IMG/VR virus record: IMGVR_UViG_3300028423_000356
Coordinates: 71,503 to 135,502 of that record
Direction: 5' to 3' (one strand)
DNA length: 64,000 nucleotides
Source: a virus
Part shown: piece after piece, positions 28,151-38,894 of the stretch
How positions within the stretch are numbered: position 1 is the stretch's first letter
How the letters are laid out: each line of letters starts with the position of its first letter
Notes under the pieces: model-generated
Databases searched by the model: none
The model's input: the letters and a program-made list of their open reading frames with translations, nothing else
Told to the model about the DNA's origin: nothing
Made by a program: the position numbers and the translations under genes

Positions 28151-30649
28151 ATGAAAACATTTTACACATCAGTTAATCGTTACGGAAAAACTATTTTTTA
28201 TCGTGGATTTGAAAACGGTAAAAGAGTTAACAGAAGGATTGAATACACACCAACCTTTTATGTAAATTGTGACGAAGAAACAGGATGGAAAAACCTTCAA
28301 GGTGGTAACGTAATGCCTAAAATGTTTGATGGTATTAAAGAAGCAAATGAATTCGTAAAAGATTACAGTGAAGTTAATGGATATCCAATATATGGACAAC
28401 AAAATTTTGTTTTTCAAATGATAGCAGACTATTTTCCAGGTGATATTGAATTTGATAGAGATATCATTAACGTCGCTTCAATAGATATTGAGGTTACTTC
28501 TGATGATGGTTTCCCATTTGTGGAACATGCAGCACACCCAGTTACTGCAATAACTGTTAAAAATAATATAAGTAATGTTTACTATGTTTGGGGGTTAGAT
28601 GAATACGATCCAAATAAATGTGATGTTGAAGGTATAGAAGCAATAAATTATAATCATTGTAAAGATGAAATTGATTTGTTACTCAAGTTTCTACAGTGGT
28701 GGAGTAATATGAATAACACTCCTGATGTCATCACTGGTTGGAATAGTCGTTTATTCGATATGCCATACTTGATTAGAAGGGTTCAAAATATTATTGGTGG
28801 TGATGTTTATAAGAAGTTTTCCCCTTGGGGATTAGTAAATGAACGTGTTATCAATATTGGTGGACGTGAAAATTATGTTTATGAAATTACTGGTATACAA
28901 CAACTTGATTATTATGATTTATTTAAAAAGTTTGATTATACTTATGGAACACAAGAATCATATAAATTAGACCATATCGCTCATGTTGTTTTGGGTGAAA
29001 ATAAATTATCATATGATGAGTATGGTAATCTTCATACACTTTACAAGGAAAATCATCAAAAATTCATTGATTATAATATAAGAGATGTTCAACTTATTGA
29101 AAGGTTGGAGGAAACAATGGGGTTAATCACATTGGCTTTAACAATGGCGTTTAGATCTGGTGTAAACTTCTCTGACACTTTAGGTACAACTGCTATATGG
29201 GATGCTATAATCTATCGTAGATTGAATAAACGTAAAGTTGTTATACCACAAACAAAGGTGAAACAAAAAACATCGTATCCTGGTGGGTATGTCAAAGATC
29301 CTGATGTTGGTGTTCATGACTGGGTTGTATCATTTGACTTAAATTCTTTGTATCCAAATATCATTGTTCAGTACAATATGTCACCAGAGACACTGATACC
29401 GGGTAAACAATTAGGAGTAAATGTTGATTCTATATTAAAAGAAACAACATCTCTTGAACATATTGATACACCATTATCTGCAACAGGTCAACAATTCACA
29501 AATAGTTTTCAAGGGATAATTCCAGAAATTATTACATCTTATTATAATGAGAGAAAAAACGTAAAAAAGAGTATGTTAGAACTGAAGAGAGATTATGAAA
29601 ATAATCCATCTAAGAATCTTAAAGACAAAATTAATAAACTTGAAAACACACAAATGTCAATTAAAATTCTTATGAATTCATTGTATGGTGCTCTTGGTAA
29701 TGCTTACTTTCGTTATTTTGACCAACAAATGGCAGAAGCAATCACAACAACTGCACAATTATCCATTAAATGGGCTGAAAGAGCAATGAATAATGAAATG
29801 AATAAGATACTTGATACTAATGATGATTATGTCATAGCAATTGATACGGACTCATTATATGTGAATATGTCTAAACTTGTTGATAAATTTGAACCAAATA
29901 ATCCTGTAGATTTCTTGGATAAGATATGTTCAACACATTTTGAAGGTGTTTTAAATAAAGCATATGAAAAAATGGCGAAAATTACACACGCTTATGAAAA
30001 TCGTATGGAAATGTCTCGTGAAGTTATTGCTGATAAAGGTATATGGGTTGCTAAAAAGAGATATTTTTTGAATGTCTATGATAACGAAGGTGTCCGTTAT
30101 ACTGAACCTAAATTAAAAATAATGGGTATCGAAGCGGTTAAATCTTCAACACCACAAGTTTGTCGTGACGCATTTAAAGATATATTTAAAATAATTATAA
30201 CTGGATCTGAAACAAAAACTCAAGACTTTATTAAACAGTTTAAAAGAGAGTTCAGAAATCTACCAGTTGAAGATGTATCTTTTCCACGTTCAGTGAATGA
30301 TATATTTAAATGGCAAGATAAAAATAAGATTTATAGTAAAGGAACACCTATTCACGTTCGTGGTTCTTTATTATATAATCACTATCTGAATGAATATGGG
30401 TTATCGAATAGATACGATCCTATTAATAATGGTGAGAAGATAAAGTTTGTGTATCTTAAAACACCTAATCCTATTAGAGAAAATGTTGTATCATATTCAA
30501 TTACATTACCTAGAGAAATGGGGATACATAATTATATTGATTATGATAAAATGTATGAAAAAACATTTGTTGAACCAATTAGAATAATATTGAATTCTAT
30601 TGGTTGGACTGTAGAACCACAAAGTAACTTAGAGGACTTTTTTGGATGA
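28151..30649 (+). CDS. gp43: family B DNA polymerase
   Basis: DIEV exo I, SFDLNSLYP, KILMNSLYG, IDTDS; uninterrupted. Confidence 0.97.
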   Translation: MKTFYTSVNRYGKTIFYRGFENGKRVNRRIEYTPTFYVNCDEETGWKNLQGGNVMPKMFDGIKEANEFVKDYSEVNGYPIYGQQNFVFQMIADYFPGDIEFDRDIINVASIDIEVTSDDGFPFVEHAAHPVTAITVKNNISNVYYVWGLDEYDPNKCDVEGIEAINYNHCKDEIDLLLKFLQWWSNMNNTPDVITGWNSRLFDMPYLIRRVQNIIGGDVYKKFSPWGLVNERVINIGGRENYVYEITGIQQLDYYDLFKKFDYTYGTQESYKLDHIAHVVLGENKLSYDEYGNLHTLYKENHQKFIDYNIRDVQLIERLEETMGLITLALTMAFRSGVNFSDTLGTTAIWDAIIYRRLNKRKVVIPQTKVKQKTSYPGGYVKDPDVGVHDWVVSFDLNSLYPNIIVQYNMSPETLIPGKQLGVNVDSILKETTSLEHIDTPLSATGQQFTNSFQGIIPEIITSYYNERKNVKKSMLELKRDYENNPSKNLKDKINKLENTQMSIKILMNSLYGALGNAYFRYFDQQMAEAITTTAQLSIKWAERAMNNEMNKILDTNDDYVIAIDTDSLYVNMSKLVDKFEPNNPVDFLDKICSTHFEGVLNKAYEKMAKITHAYENRMEMSREVIADKGIWVAKKRYFLNVYDNEGVRYTEPKLKIMGIEAVKSSTPQVCRDAFKDIFKIIITGSETKTQDFIKQFKREFRNLPVEDVSFPRSVNDIFKWQDKNKIYSKGTPIHVRGSLLYNHYLNEYGLSNRYDPINNGEKIKFVYLKTPNPIRENVVSYSITLPREMGIHNYIDYDKMYEKTFVEPIRIILNSIGWTVEPQSNLEDFFG

Positions 30650-31584
30650 AATATTCTTTGACTTTATTCAAATCTATATTTGATAATAAAACAAAAAAAC
30701 GTCTTGATATAAATAATTGGGAGCAGTTTACATCATTTTTATTTGATCTTTCAGAAATAAGAAGAAGTGGTAAAAATGATGCCCAATTATTTACACCAGC
30801 TATATTTAAAGTTAATACAACTAGATCCAATAAAAATGTATTGGGTTGGGCAGGTTGGTGTGCTGTTGACGTTGATAATTGGAAAGTTACCAATGATTTT
30901 AAATCTGAACTCATATCTCGCTTTGGTGACTATGAGTTTATTTGTTATAGTACTGCGAGTAGTACAAAAGAACATCCTAAATTTCGACTCGTTTTCAGAC
31001 TTGAACGTTACATTACAAATGATGAAATTAAGCATTTTTGGTGGGCGCTCAACTCTTACCTTGGAGGGTTGGGAGATAAGCAGACTAAAGACCTTGCGAG
31101 AATGTATTATATCCCAGCGAAATACGATAATGCTTTTAATTTTATTTTTATTAATCACGGTGATTCCATTAATCCTGATAGTCTTATGGAACAGTATCCA
31201 TATGATAGAACAAGAGATAGTAAAAGTTTCCTTGATAGACTTCCAGAAGAATTTAAATCAAAGGTTTTGGAGTATAGAAAAAGTTCATTAGAGAACACTA
31301 ATTACAGTTGGACATCTTATAAAGATTGTCCTTTCTGGCCAAAAAAACTTGGTAGAGAATACATAATGATAACTGGTGAAGGTTGGTATAGACAAATGTT
31401 TAAAATAATGGTTTCAATTGCGATAAAAGCTGCAGATAAAGGATATCCTATAACATCAAATGAAATTGTTGATTTGTGTCGTGAGTTTGATATGGAAACA
31501 GGAAATTGGTATGAAAATAGACCAATGGATGTTGAAGCAAATAATGCACTAGAGTATGCCTATAAAAATGTTATGGTGTCATAA
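30646..31584 (+). CDS. primase-polymerase / VirE-N-like protein
   Basis: AVDVD, YSTASST.EHPKFRLVF, DKQTKDLARMYYIP. Confidence 0.6.
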   Translation: MKYSLTLFKSIFDNKTKKRLDINNWEQFTSFLFDLSEIRRSGKNDAQLFTPAIFKVNTTRSNKNVLGWAGWCAVDVDNWKVTNDFKSELISRFGDYEFICYSTASSTKEHPKFRLVFRLERYITNDEIKHFWWALNSYLGGLGDKQTKDLARMYYIPAKYDNAFNFIFINHGDSINPDSLMEQYPYDRTRDSKSFLDRLPEEFKSKVLEYRKSSLENTNYSWTSYKDCPFWPKKLGREYIMITGEGWYRQMFKIMVSIAIKAADKGYPITSNEIVDLCREFDMETGNWYENRPMDVEANNALEYAYKNVMVS

Positions 31585-31599
31585 CAAAAAGGTAAAGAA

Positions 31600-31989
31600 A
31601 TGAAAAAATTTATATTCGACTTAGAAGGAACATTAACACCTTTAGATGGTAGAATGAATAAAGATTTTGAAAACACAATTTTTAATGCTTTAAAATATTA
31701 TGATGGGTATTTAGTTACTAATTTAAACATAGATGGGGTAATAAATAAAATTGATATAGAAACATATAAAGTATTTAAAACTGTTTATGATAACGTGTAT
31801 GATAAAAGTTTAATACTGAAAGATTTTGATTTATCAAATGACAACATATACTTTTTTGGGGATTCGATATTTCCAAATGGTGATGATTTTTCAATAGTAA
31901 AACAACTATATATTCATACCAATAATATATACAGAGTTAGAAGTTGGAAAGATACTGAAATAATATTCAGAGAGTTGATAGATATATAA
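31600..31989 (+). CDS. short HAD / phosphomannomutase-like protein
   Basis: FIFDLEGTLTP, FFGD..FPNGDDF. Confidence 0.6.
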   Translation: MKKFIFDLEGTLTPLDGRMNKDFENTIFNALKYYDGYLVTNLNIDGVINKIDIETYKVFKTVYDNVYDKSLILKDFDLSNDNIYFFGDSIFPNGDDFSIVKQLYIHTNNIYRVRSWKDTEIIFRELIDI

Positions 31990-32006
31990 TAGAAAGGAAT
32001 AATATA

Positions 32007-32357
32007 ATGAAAGCGGGAAAAGTTTGGGGACAAACAGAATTATTAGAAGCGAATGGTGTTCTTGAATTTCATAGAATTGAAATGAAAAGTGGTGGTGTTT
32101 GTTCAAAACATTTACATGAATATAAATGGAATGGATTTTTTGTTGAATCGGGTAAAATGTTGATACGTGTATGGCAAAAAGACTATGACTTGGTTGATGA
32201 AACAATTCTTGGTCCAGGTGATTATACAAAAGTTAAACCAGGTGTATATCATCAATTTGAATGTTTAGAAGATGGTGTGGCATTTGAACTTTATTGGGCA
32301 GAATTTAATCATAATGATATTAAAAGAGAAACTGTTGGATATAACGGAAATAATTGA
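32007..32357 (+). CDS. cupin protein
   Basis: KVWG, CSKHLH, VKPGVYHQF. Confidence 0.8.
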   Translation: MKAGKVWGQTELLEANGVLEFHRIEMKSGGVCSKHLHEYKWNGFFVESGKMLIRVWQKDYDLVDETILGPGDYTKVKPGVYHQFECLEDGVAFELYWAEFNHNDIKRETVGYNGNN

Positions 32358-32797
32358 TAAAGGATTATATGATGAAGATAGGTTTCACGTGTTCAACATT
32401 CGATTTGTTACATTCAGGCCACATTCAGATGTTACGTGAGTCTAAAACTCAATGTGACTATCTGATTTGTGGATTACAGGTAGATCCAAGTTTGGATAGA
32501 CCTGAAAAAAATAAACCAATTCAGACATTAGTAGAAAGACATATTCAATTATCAGCTGTTGAGTATGTTGATGAAATAATTCCTTATCAGTCTGAAGAAG
32601 ATTTGGAAGACATTTTAAATATGTTTAATGTGGATGTTCGAATCATTGGTGAGGAATACAAAGATAAACCTTTTACTGGTAGAGATATATGTAATAAAAA
32701 GGGTATTGATATTTACTACAATAAAAGAAGTCATAGATTTAGTTCATCAGGATTGAGAAAAAAAATCTATGATATAGAAAAAATAATTAAAAAATAA
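32354..32797 (+). CDS. glycerol-3-phosphate cytidylyltransferase-like (TagD family)
   Basis: TFDLLHSGH, YVDEIIPY, RSHRFSSS. Confidence 0.85.
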   Translation: MIKDYMMKIGFTCSTFDLLHSGHIQMLRESKTQCDYLICGLQVDPSLDRPEKNKPIQTLVERHIQLSAVEYVDEIIPYQSEEDLEDILNMFNVDVRIIGEEYKDKPFTGRDICNKKGIDIYYNKRSHRFSSSGLRKKIYDIEKIIKK

Positions 32798-32879
32798 AAA
32801 ATACATCTTTACAAATTGTATTTCACATACTATATTAATAGTATGGTAATAAAACTATTATATTAAAAGGAAATGAAAT

Positions 32880-33944
32880 ATGGGAATAATGGATAAGTTA
32901 AAAAAGAACTCTAAGATTAAAACAACAGAAGTTCTTTCAGAATCGAAATTTTTCAATGAAAAGGATATGGTTCAAACAGATGTTCCAATGGTTAATGCGG
33001 CACTATCAGGTTCTTTAGATGGTGGTCTCACTCCTGGTCTAACTGTTCTTGCTGGACCATCAAAACATTTTAAGACATCTTTTGCTCTATTAATGGCGGG
33101 TGCTTATCTTAAGAAATATGAGGATGCTGTTATATTATTTTATGACAGTGAATTCGGTTCTCCACAAGCATACTTTGACCAATTTGGTATTGATCCCGAA
33201 CGTGTTTTACATACACCCATCACTAATGTTGAAGAACTTAAATTTGACTTAATTTCACAATTAGAAGAATTAGACCGTAATGATAATGTTATTGTTGTTA
33301 TTGACTCTATTGGTAATTTGGCATCAAAAAAAGAATTAGAAGATGCTATGAATGAAAAATCTGTGGCCGATATGTCACGTGCTAAGGCACTTAAGGGTCT
33401 TTTTCGTATGGCAACACCTTACTTAACTATGAAAAATATTCCAATGCTTGCGATTAACCACACATATCAAGAGATTGGTTTATTTCCAAAGTCAGTAGTA
33501 TCAGGTGGAACTGGTATATATTATTCAGCAGATAACATCTGGATTATTGGTCGTCAACAAGAGAAAAAGGGAACCGAGGTTACAGGTTATAACTTTGTTA
33601 TTAATGTTGAAAAGTCTCGTTATGTTAAAGAGAAATCTAAGATACCTATCACAGTTTCTTGGGAAGGTGGAGTTGAAAGATACTCTGGTCTATTAGATGT
33701 AGCAATTGCTGGTGGATATGTTCGTAAACCTTCTAATGGTTGGTATGAATCTGTTAACCCTTCCACAGGAGAAATATTATCAGGTAGTAAAGTTCGTGTC
33801 GCTGATACTTTAAAAGAAGAGTTTTGGTTACCTTTATTTAACACAACTAATTTTAAAGATTTTGTTAAGGAACAATATACAATTGGTTACAAAGACCAAG
33901 TATCTATGGACTCAATTGTTGAAGAAGTAGATGAAAAGGAGTGA
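32880..33944 (+). CDS. uvsX: RecA-like recombinase
   Basis: AGPSKHFKT, YDSEFG, DSIGNLASKKE. Confidence 0.95.
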   Translation: MGIMDKLKKNSKIKTTEVLSESKFFNEKDMVQTDVPMVNAALSGSLDGGLTPGLTVLAGPSKHFKTSFALLMAGAYLKKYEDAVILFYDSEFGSPQAYFDQFGIDPERVLHTPITNVEELKFDLISQLEELDRNDNVIVVIDSIGNLASKKELEDAMNEKSVADMSRAKALKGLFRMATPYLTMKNIPMLAINHTYQEIGLFPKSVVSGGTGIYYSADNIWIIGRQQEKKGTEVTGYNFVINVEKSRYVKEKSKIPITVSWEGGVERYSGLLDVAIAGGYVRKPSNGWYESVNPSTGEILSGSKVRVADTLKEEFWLPLFNTTNFKDFVKEQYTIGYKDQVSMDSIVEEVDEKE

Positions 33945-34207
33945 ATATGAAATCTATTAAGGAAAATGAAGACTATGAATTGATTATTGGTGAAGATGAT
34001 TTTTGGAATATTCGTATTCTTAGTGGACCTTATACCGAAACAGTGTATCAGTATAATCATCTTAAATTAGATGAAAAAACTGATACACTTAGATTTAACG
34101 CTAGTATAATTTCCACACCAGATGATGATTTAAGTGAAAATGATGTAGAATTTCAAAAATATATTGGTGAAATATTATTTGACATACTTGAAAATGAAAA
34201 TGGTTAA
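33941..34207 (+). CDS. gp40-like head vertex assembly chaperone
   Basis: Acidic 88 aa between uvsX and gp41, as in T4. Confidence 0.55.
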   Translation: MNMKSIKENEDYELIIGEDDFWNIRILSGPYTETVYQYNHLKLDEKTDTLRFNASIISTPDDDLSENDVEFQKYIGEILFDILENENG

Positions 34208-34261
34208 TGATATATTAATTATTAAATACTATACTATAATTATAATTAAAGGAACAACATA

Positions 34262-35626
34262 ATGAATGTGAATATTGAGCAAATAATATTAAGAAATCTT
34301 TTACATGATGATAAGTTTATGAGAAGAGTTATACCTTTTATTGAACCTGATTATTTCGTTGGACCTGAAAAGTTATTATTTAAAGAGTTTGTGAAATATG
34401 TGGTAAAATATGGTAAAAGACCTTCATCAGAGGCACTAAAAATAGTATTAGATAATTCCACCAACTTAAATGAAAATAGTTACGCAGAAGTGATGGAAAT
34501 ACTTCCTAATATATTTTCAAAAGAATCTTGTGATGAAGATTGGTTAATGGAAACCACTGAAAAATGGTGTAGAGATAAGGCAATTTATAATGCAATTATG
34601 GAATCGATTTCTATAATTGATGGTAAACACAAAACCTTAACAACCAACGCTCTACCAGATTTATTGTCAAAGGCAATTGGTGTAACTTTTGATAATAATA
34701 TCGGTCACGACTACATAGAAAATGTTGAAGAGAGATATGACTTTTATCATCAAGAACACGAAAGATTACCTTTTGATTTATCATTCTTCAATGATATAAC
34801 AAAGGGTGGTCTCGTGAATAAAAGTCTTAATATCGCTCTTGCTGGGACAGGTGTTGGTAAATCATTATTAATGTGTCATATGGCTGCATCAGCACTTTCT
34901 ATGGGGAAAAATGTTTTATATATTACTATGGAAATGGCAGAAGAGAGAATTGCTGAACGTATAGATGCAAATTTACTTAACACACCTATTGACCAAATAC
35001 CCAATTTATCTAAAGATGAATTGAAATCCAAAGTTAGTGGTGTGTCACATAAAACTAATGGTAAACTAATAATAAAAGAATATCCAACTGGTGCGGCACA
35101 TGCAGGACATTTTCGTGCCCTTTTAAATGAATTAAAACTTAAAAGGTCATTTGAAGCAGACATTATATTTGTTGATTATTTGAATATATGTGCTTCTTCA
35201 AGAATGAAAAGTATGGGTGGATCTATAAATTCATACACATACATCAAAGCAATTGCTGAAGAACTTAGGGGTTTAGCAGTTGAATTTAATGTTCCTTTAT
35301 TCTCTGCAACACAGACTACAAGAAATGGTTATAACAATTCAGATATTGGTTTAGAGGATACTTCAGAATCATTTGGATTACCCGCTACTGCTGATTTGAT
35401 GTTTGCTTTGATAAGTTCAGAAGAATTGGAATCAGAGAATAAGATTATGGTTAAACAGTTAAAGAATAGATATAATGATTTGAATTATAAGAAAAGATTT
35501 GTTATTGGTGTAGACCGTTCAAGAATGAAACTATATGATGTTGATGATGAGACACAATTGGTGGAAACATCACCTGTTTTTGATAACAGTAAATCACACG
35601 AAAAGTTTCAAGATTTTAAAGTTTAA
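34262..35626 (+). CDS. gp41: replicative DNA helicase
   Basis: AGTGVGKS, MEMAEERIAERID, VDYLNI, SESFGLPATAD. Confidence 0.96.
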   Translation: MNVNIEQIILRNLLHDDKFMRRVIPFIEPDYFVGPEKLLFKEFVKYVVKYGKRPSSEALKIVLDNSTNLNENSYAEVMEILPNIFSKESCDEDWLMETTEKWCRDKAIYNAIMESISIIDGKHKTLTTNALPDLLSKAIGVTFDNNIGHDYIENVEERYDFYHQEHERLPFDLSFFNDITKGGLVNKSLNIALAGTGVGKSLLMCHMAASALSMGKNVLYITMEMAEERIAERIDANLLNTPIDQIPNLSKDELKSKVSGVSHKTNGKLIIKEYPTGAAHAGHFRALLNELKLKRSFEADIIFVDYLNICASSRMKSMGGSINSYTYIKAIAEELRGLAVEFNVPLFSATQTTRNGYNNSDIGLEDTSESFGLPATADLMFALISSEELESENKIMVKQLKNRYNDLNYKKRFVIGVDRSRMKLYDVDDETQLVETSPVFDNSKSHEKFQDFKV

Positions 35627-35628
35627 TA

Positions 35629-36804
35629 ATGGAAGTTAAAATGAATAAAAGTATTAAATACATTGAGTTGTTTGCTGGTTGTGGTGGTTTTAGAGTTGGT
35701 TTAGAGAGAGCATCGAATCTATTTGATTCTGTGTGGTCTAATCAATGGGAACCAAATAAGAAAAAACAATTCGTTTGGGAATGCTATGAAAACAATTATG
35801 GTGAAGGTATCTGTGTTAACGAAGATATTCACAATGTGTCTTCTAATAATATCCCTGACTTTGACCTATTGACCGCTGGTTTTCCTTGTCAGGATTATTC
35901 AGTTGCCAAATCATTAAAGTATTCTGGTGGTATCGAAGGTAAGAAGGGTGTTTTGTGGTGGCAGATTGATAGAATTATTAAAGATAAGAAACCGAAGTAT
36001 GTATTACTTGAAAATGTTGATAGGTTGATTAAATCACCAGCAAATCAACGTGGACGAGATTTTTCTATTATTCTTAGTTGTCTTATGAATTCTGGATACT
36101 CTGTTGAGTGGAAAATTATTAATGCTGCGAATTACGGTATGCCTCAAAAGCGTAAAAGGTTATTCATCTTCGCAAGAAAGGATAATAAACAAAATAAAAT
36201 TCTTAAAGACACCTTTCCTCACGAAGAGTTAAATAACATCACCTTTGAAATTGGTAATGATATTTTAGAATTATCAGAAAATTTCGTTATTAATAAAAAC
36301 AAACAATTTTTTGAATATGGTAGTGCAAGTAATTTCAATATTACTACAAGTAAAGTAAATGATACTTATGATGGTGATTATACTTTACTTGGTGATATAG
36401 TTGAGGATATTGATAATGTTGATGATACATTTTTTATCAATAATCTCGAAAAGTGGCAAGAGTTGAAAGGTGGTAGAAAGATTAATAGAGTATCAAAGAG
36501 TGGTCACGCATATGTTTATAGTGAGGGTAAAATGTCCTTTCCTGATAGTTTAGAAAAACCTGGAAGAACTATTATTACGGGAGAGGGTGGTAAATCACCA
36601 TCAAGATTTAAGCATGTAATTGAACAGAATAACATACTAAGGCGTTTAACTCCCGTTGAATTGGAAAGACTTCAAATGTTTCCTGATAATCACACAGAGG
36701 GTTTTACTGACACACAAAGAGCATTTATGATGGGTAATGCTTTAGTTACAGGTGTTGTTGAAAAAATTGGTGTAGAATTAATTAAACAAGAAAATAATTA
36801 TTAA
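35629..36804 (+). CDS. C5-cytosine DNA methyltransferase (M.Sau3AI-like)
   Basis: ELFAGCGG, GFPCQDYSVA, ENVDRL..SP..QRGRDF, QKRKR, MGNA. Confidence 0.9.
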   Translation: MEVKMNKSIKYIELFAGCGGFRVGLERASNLFDSVWSNQWEPNKKKQFVWECYENNYGEGICVNEDIHNVSSNNIPDFDLLTAGFPCQDYSVAKSLKYSGGIEGKKGVLWWQIDRIIKDKKPKYVLLENVDRLIKSPANQRGRDFSIILSCLMNSGYSVEWKIINAANYGMPQKRKRLFIFARKDNKQNKILKDTFPHEELNNITFEIGNDILELSENFVINKNKQFFEYGSASNFNITTSKVNDTYDGDYTLLGDIVEDIDNVDDTFFINNLEKWQELKGGRKINRVSKSGHAYVYSEGKMSFPDSLEKPGRTIITGEGGKSPSRFKHVIEQNNILRRLTPVELERLQMFPDNHTEGFTDTQRAFMMGNALVTGVVEKIGVELIKQENNY

Positions 36805-36815
36805 GGAGATATGTT

Positions 36816-36989
36816 ATGAATGATAAAATTGAGACAGATGCGTTCATTTTGAATGTTGATAAGAATGAAGATGGGTTAAACATTATAATACCCCCAAAAA
36901 TAGAAAAACTGTTGGGAATAAAAGAAAATGATAAACTACTCTTTGTTAAAAATGATAATAGTTGGTGTTTTTATATAAAGGAAGACTAG
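36816..36989 (+). CDS. AbrB/MazE-like small protein
   Basis: IIIPPKIEKLLGIKENDKL; aggag RBS; not in ORF track. Confidence 0.55.
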   Translation: MNDKIETDAFILNVDKNEDGLNIIIPPKIEKLLGIKENDKLLFVKNDNSWCFYIKED

Positions 36990-37008
36990 AGTTAAATTGT
37001 TATACATA

Positions 37009-37084
37009 TCCTTTTTGTGATTATTTGAATTTATAAATAATTACAGTGATTTATATATGATAATTAACCAATCACAAAAAAGGA
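37009..37084 (+). promoter_or_regulatory. RBS-occluding hairpin with internal late promoter
   Basis: tcctttttgtgatt / aatcacaaaaaagga arms flank TATAAATA at 37032. Confidence 0.55.
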
Positions 37085-37091
37085 CATATAT

Positions 37092-37316
37092 ATGTTTACT
37101 GTAGAAATGGATGAAGAAAAAACAGTAATTGTGGTCCTAGATAATGAGGGTAATCATCCCGAATCTTGGATATATATTTACGACGATGTAGTATATATCA
37201 GACAATATGATGAAGACATTGAAGAAGTGAATATAATAACACTTTCACCAGAGCAGTTTTATGGTCTGATGAAAGCGATGAAAAAAAATCCTGGTGTTTA
37301 TAACATACGAGATTGA
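37092..37316 (+). CDS. hypothetical protein
   Basis: 74 aa acidic ORF with RBS. Confidence 0.6.
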   Translation: MFTVEMDEEKTVIVVLDNEGNHPESWIYIYDDVVYIRQYDEDIEEVNIITLSPEQFYGLMKAMKKNPGVYNIRD

Positions 37317-37458
37317 AATAATTGGAATAATTATGATACTGTTAGATAATAAAAATATAATAAAAACTGTTATACATAAATTTAACAGTAAAATTTTGTA
37401 TACTTAATAGATAAGACTAACACCTCTGCACTCGAATTCATTCTTTAACATGTGTTAG

Positions 37459-37755
37459 TCATTTATTTTTATTATTCATATATGCTTTAGCACCAAAAAA
37501 GAAACCAACAATAGATGCTAATGCTAAAAATAAAGTTCCACTCATAGAAGACACTATTACAAGTCTTGACTCATCTATAAAGGGTAGAACAGGTAATATT
37601 GCATACCCTATCATTGATAATAAAGACACCCAAGCCATTTTTTCTTGGGAATCAGATTTTCCATCCTTGTTTTGAATGTCGAGCATTTTTTCTTTTTTAA
37701 TTAATTCATCTTCTGTGATTTTACCATCACCATCTAAATCAAAATCATTTTTCAT
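37459..37755 (-). CDS. EF-hand-like loop plus two-TM protein (holin-like)
   Basis: DLDGDGKITEDE, two TMs, IVGFFFG. Confidence 0.55.
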   Translation of the reverse strand: MKNDFDLDGDGKITEDELIKKEKMLDIQNKDGKSDSQEKMAWVSLLSMIGYAILPVLPFIDESRLVIVSSMSGTLFLALASIVGFFFGAKAYMNNKNK

Positions 37756-38191
37756 TTTTACTTGCCTCATTAACCTTTGTTGAATCAACTTTTTCTTCCA
37801 TCATAAGAGTATTTCTATTCATCATATGTTTAAGTCTTATTTCATCTTTGTCTTTACCAATGTATTTCACTGCATATGATTCTTGAACTAAAATTTCACA
37901 AATATTATTACCATCTTCTGTGAAAGGTTCCCCCAATATTCTTCCAAATTTTCCCATTTCATCTTTATGTGTTCTTATAATACAATCTTTTTTTATAAGT
38001 TCAGATAATCTCTCTTTAGCAGCAATACCAAAAATCTTTTCAACTTTATCAGATGTTCTTGATTCTGGTGTGTCTATACCATATAATCTTATCTGTTGTT
38101 TTTTCCAAACTATGCCAAATCCTAAATGTAAATCACCTTCTATAGTATCACCATCAATAATTCTAATATTTTTTAATTTATACTCATACAT
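37745..38191 (-). CDS. thermonuclease (SNase) family protein
   Basis: IIDGDT, RLYGIDTPESRT, GKFGRILG. Confidence 0.88.
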   Translation of the reverse strand: MYEYKLKNIRIIDGDTIEGDLHLGFGIVWKKQQIRLYGIDTPESRTSDKVEKIFGIAAKERLSELIKKDCIIRTHKDEMGKFGRILGEPFTEDGNNICEILVQESYAVKYIGKDKDEIRLKHMMNRNTLMMEEKVDSTKVNEASKNEK

Positions 38192-38216
38192 TTTCTTACT
38201 TTCTTCTGAATTTCTA

Positions 38217-38244
38217 TTGACATTATCAATTGTTTATACTATAT
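38217..38244 (+). promoter_or_regulatory. sigma70-type promoter
   Basis: TTGAC-N17-CTATAT. Confidence 0.75.
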
Positions 38245-38270
38245 ATTATAATAAGATATTAGAGGTATTT

Positions 38271-38882
38271 ATGGAAGATAAAGATGTATGGAAAAAATAT
38301 CCTGATTCACATAGATGGTTTAATAAACTTTATATATCTGAATTAATGGGATATGAGTGTGGACCTTGTGGAGTTGCTCCAGAAAGGTCAGATTACTACA
38401 TCGTTAGACCCATTTATAACCTTTCAGGTATGAGTGCTGGTGCTTCAAAAATGTTTATATCATCTGGTGATATGACAAAGGTTCAACCTGGTTATTTTTG
38501 GTGTGAGTGGTTTGAGGGTAAACATTATTCTGTTACATATGAATTGAATAATGGTGAATATAAAGTAAAAAGTTGTTGGGTTGGAGAGAAAAAAGATTTG
38601 AAGTTTTTAAAATGGATTAGAAGTGATTATTCACCTACATTCCCAAGTGATATAAAAATTGAATATCCAATAGTTAACATTGAATTTATAGGTGATAATT
38701 TGATTGAAATACATTTAAGAGACACACCTGACCCAGATTATGATGAAATAATTCCTATATGGGAAAATGATTCAACTTCAAAAATGAGTTATTATGAGTT
38801 AATGGGATATAAATTCATAAAAAGTTATGATAATGCTGATGGTTTTATTAAAACAGCGAGAAAAGGATTTATGGTAAAATGA
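38271..38882 (+). CDS. ATP-grasp-like hypothetical protein
   Basis: YIVRPIYNLSGMS, FWCEWFEG.HYSV, VNIEFIG..LIEIHLR; gagg RBS before 38271. Confidence 0.5.
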   Translation: MEDKDVWKKYPDSHRWFNKLYISELMGYECGPCGVAPERSDYYIVRPIYNLSGMSAGASKMFISSGDMTKVQPGYFWCEWFEGKHYSVTYELNNGEYKVKSCWVGEKKDLKFLKWIRSDYSPTFPSDIKIEYPIVNIEFIGDNLIEIHLRDTPDPDYDEIIPIWENDSTSKMSYYELMGYKFIKSYDNADGFIKTARKGFMVK

Positions 38883-38894
38883 AATTGTTTTTAC

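Noticed and set aside
28151-30649. Intron or intein in gp43 (also checked in gp41 and the reductase)
   Set aside because: ORFs are continuous and of ordinary length
30767-31291. 174-aa alternate-frame ORF and the many short antisense ORFs inside core genes
   Set aside because: Shadow ORFs of well-supported genes, with no RBS or recognisable motifs
32381-32396. Second parS-like sequence ggtttcacgtgttcaa
   Set aside because: Right half-site is broken and it lies in coding sequence
37920-38270. N-terminal extension of the 37920..38882 ORF
   Set aside because: Antisense to the thermonuclease; promoter and RBS support a start at 38271
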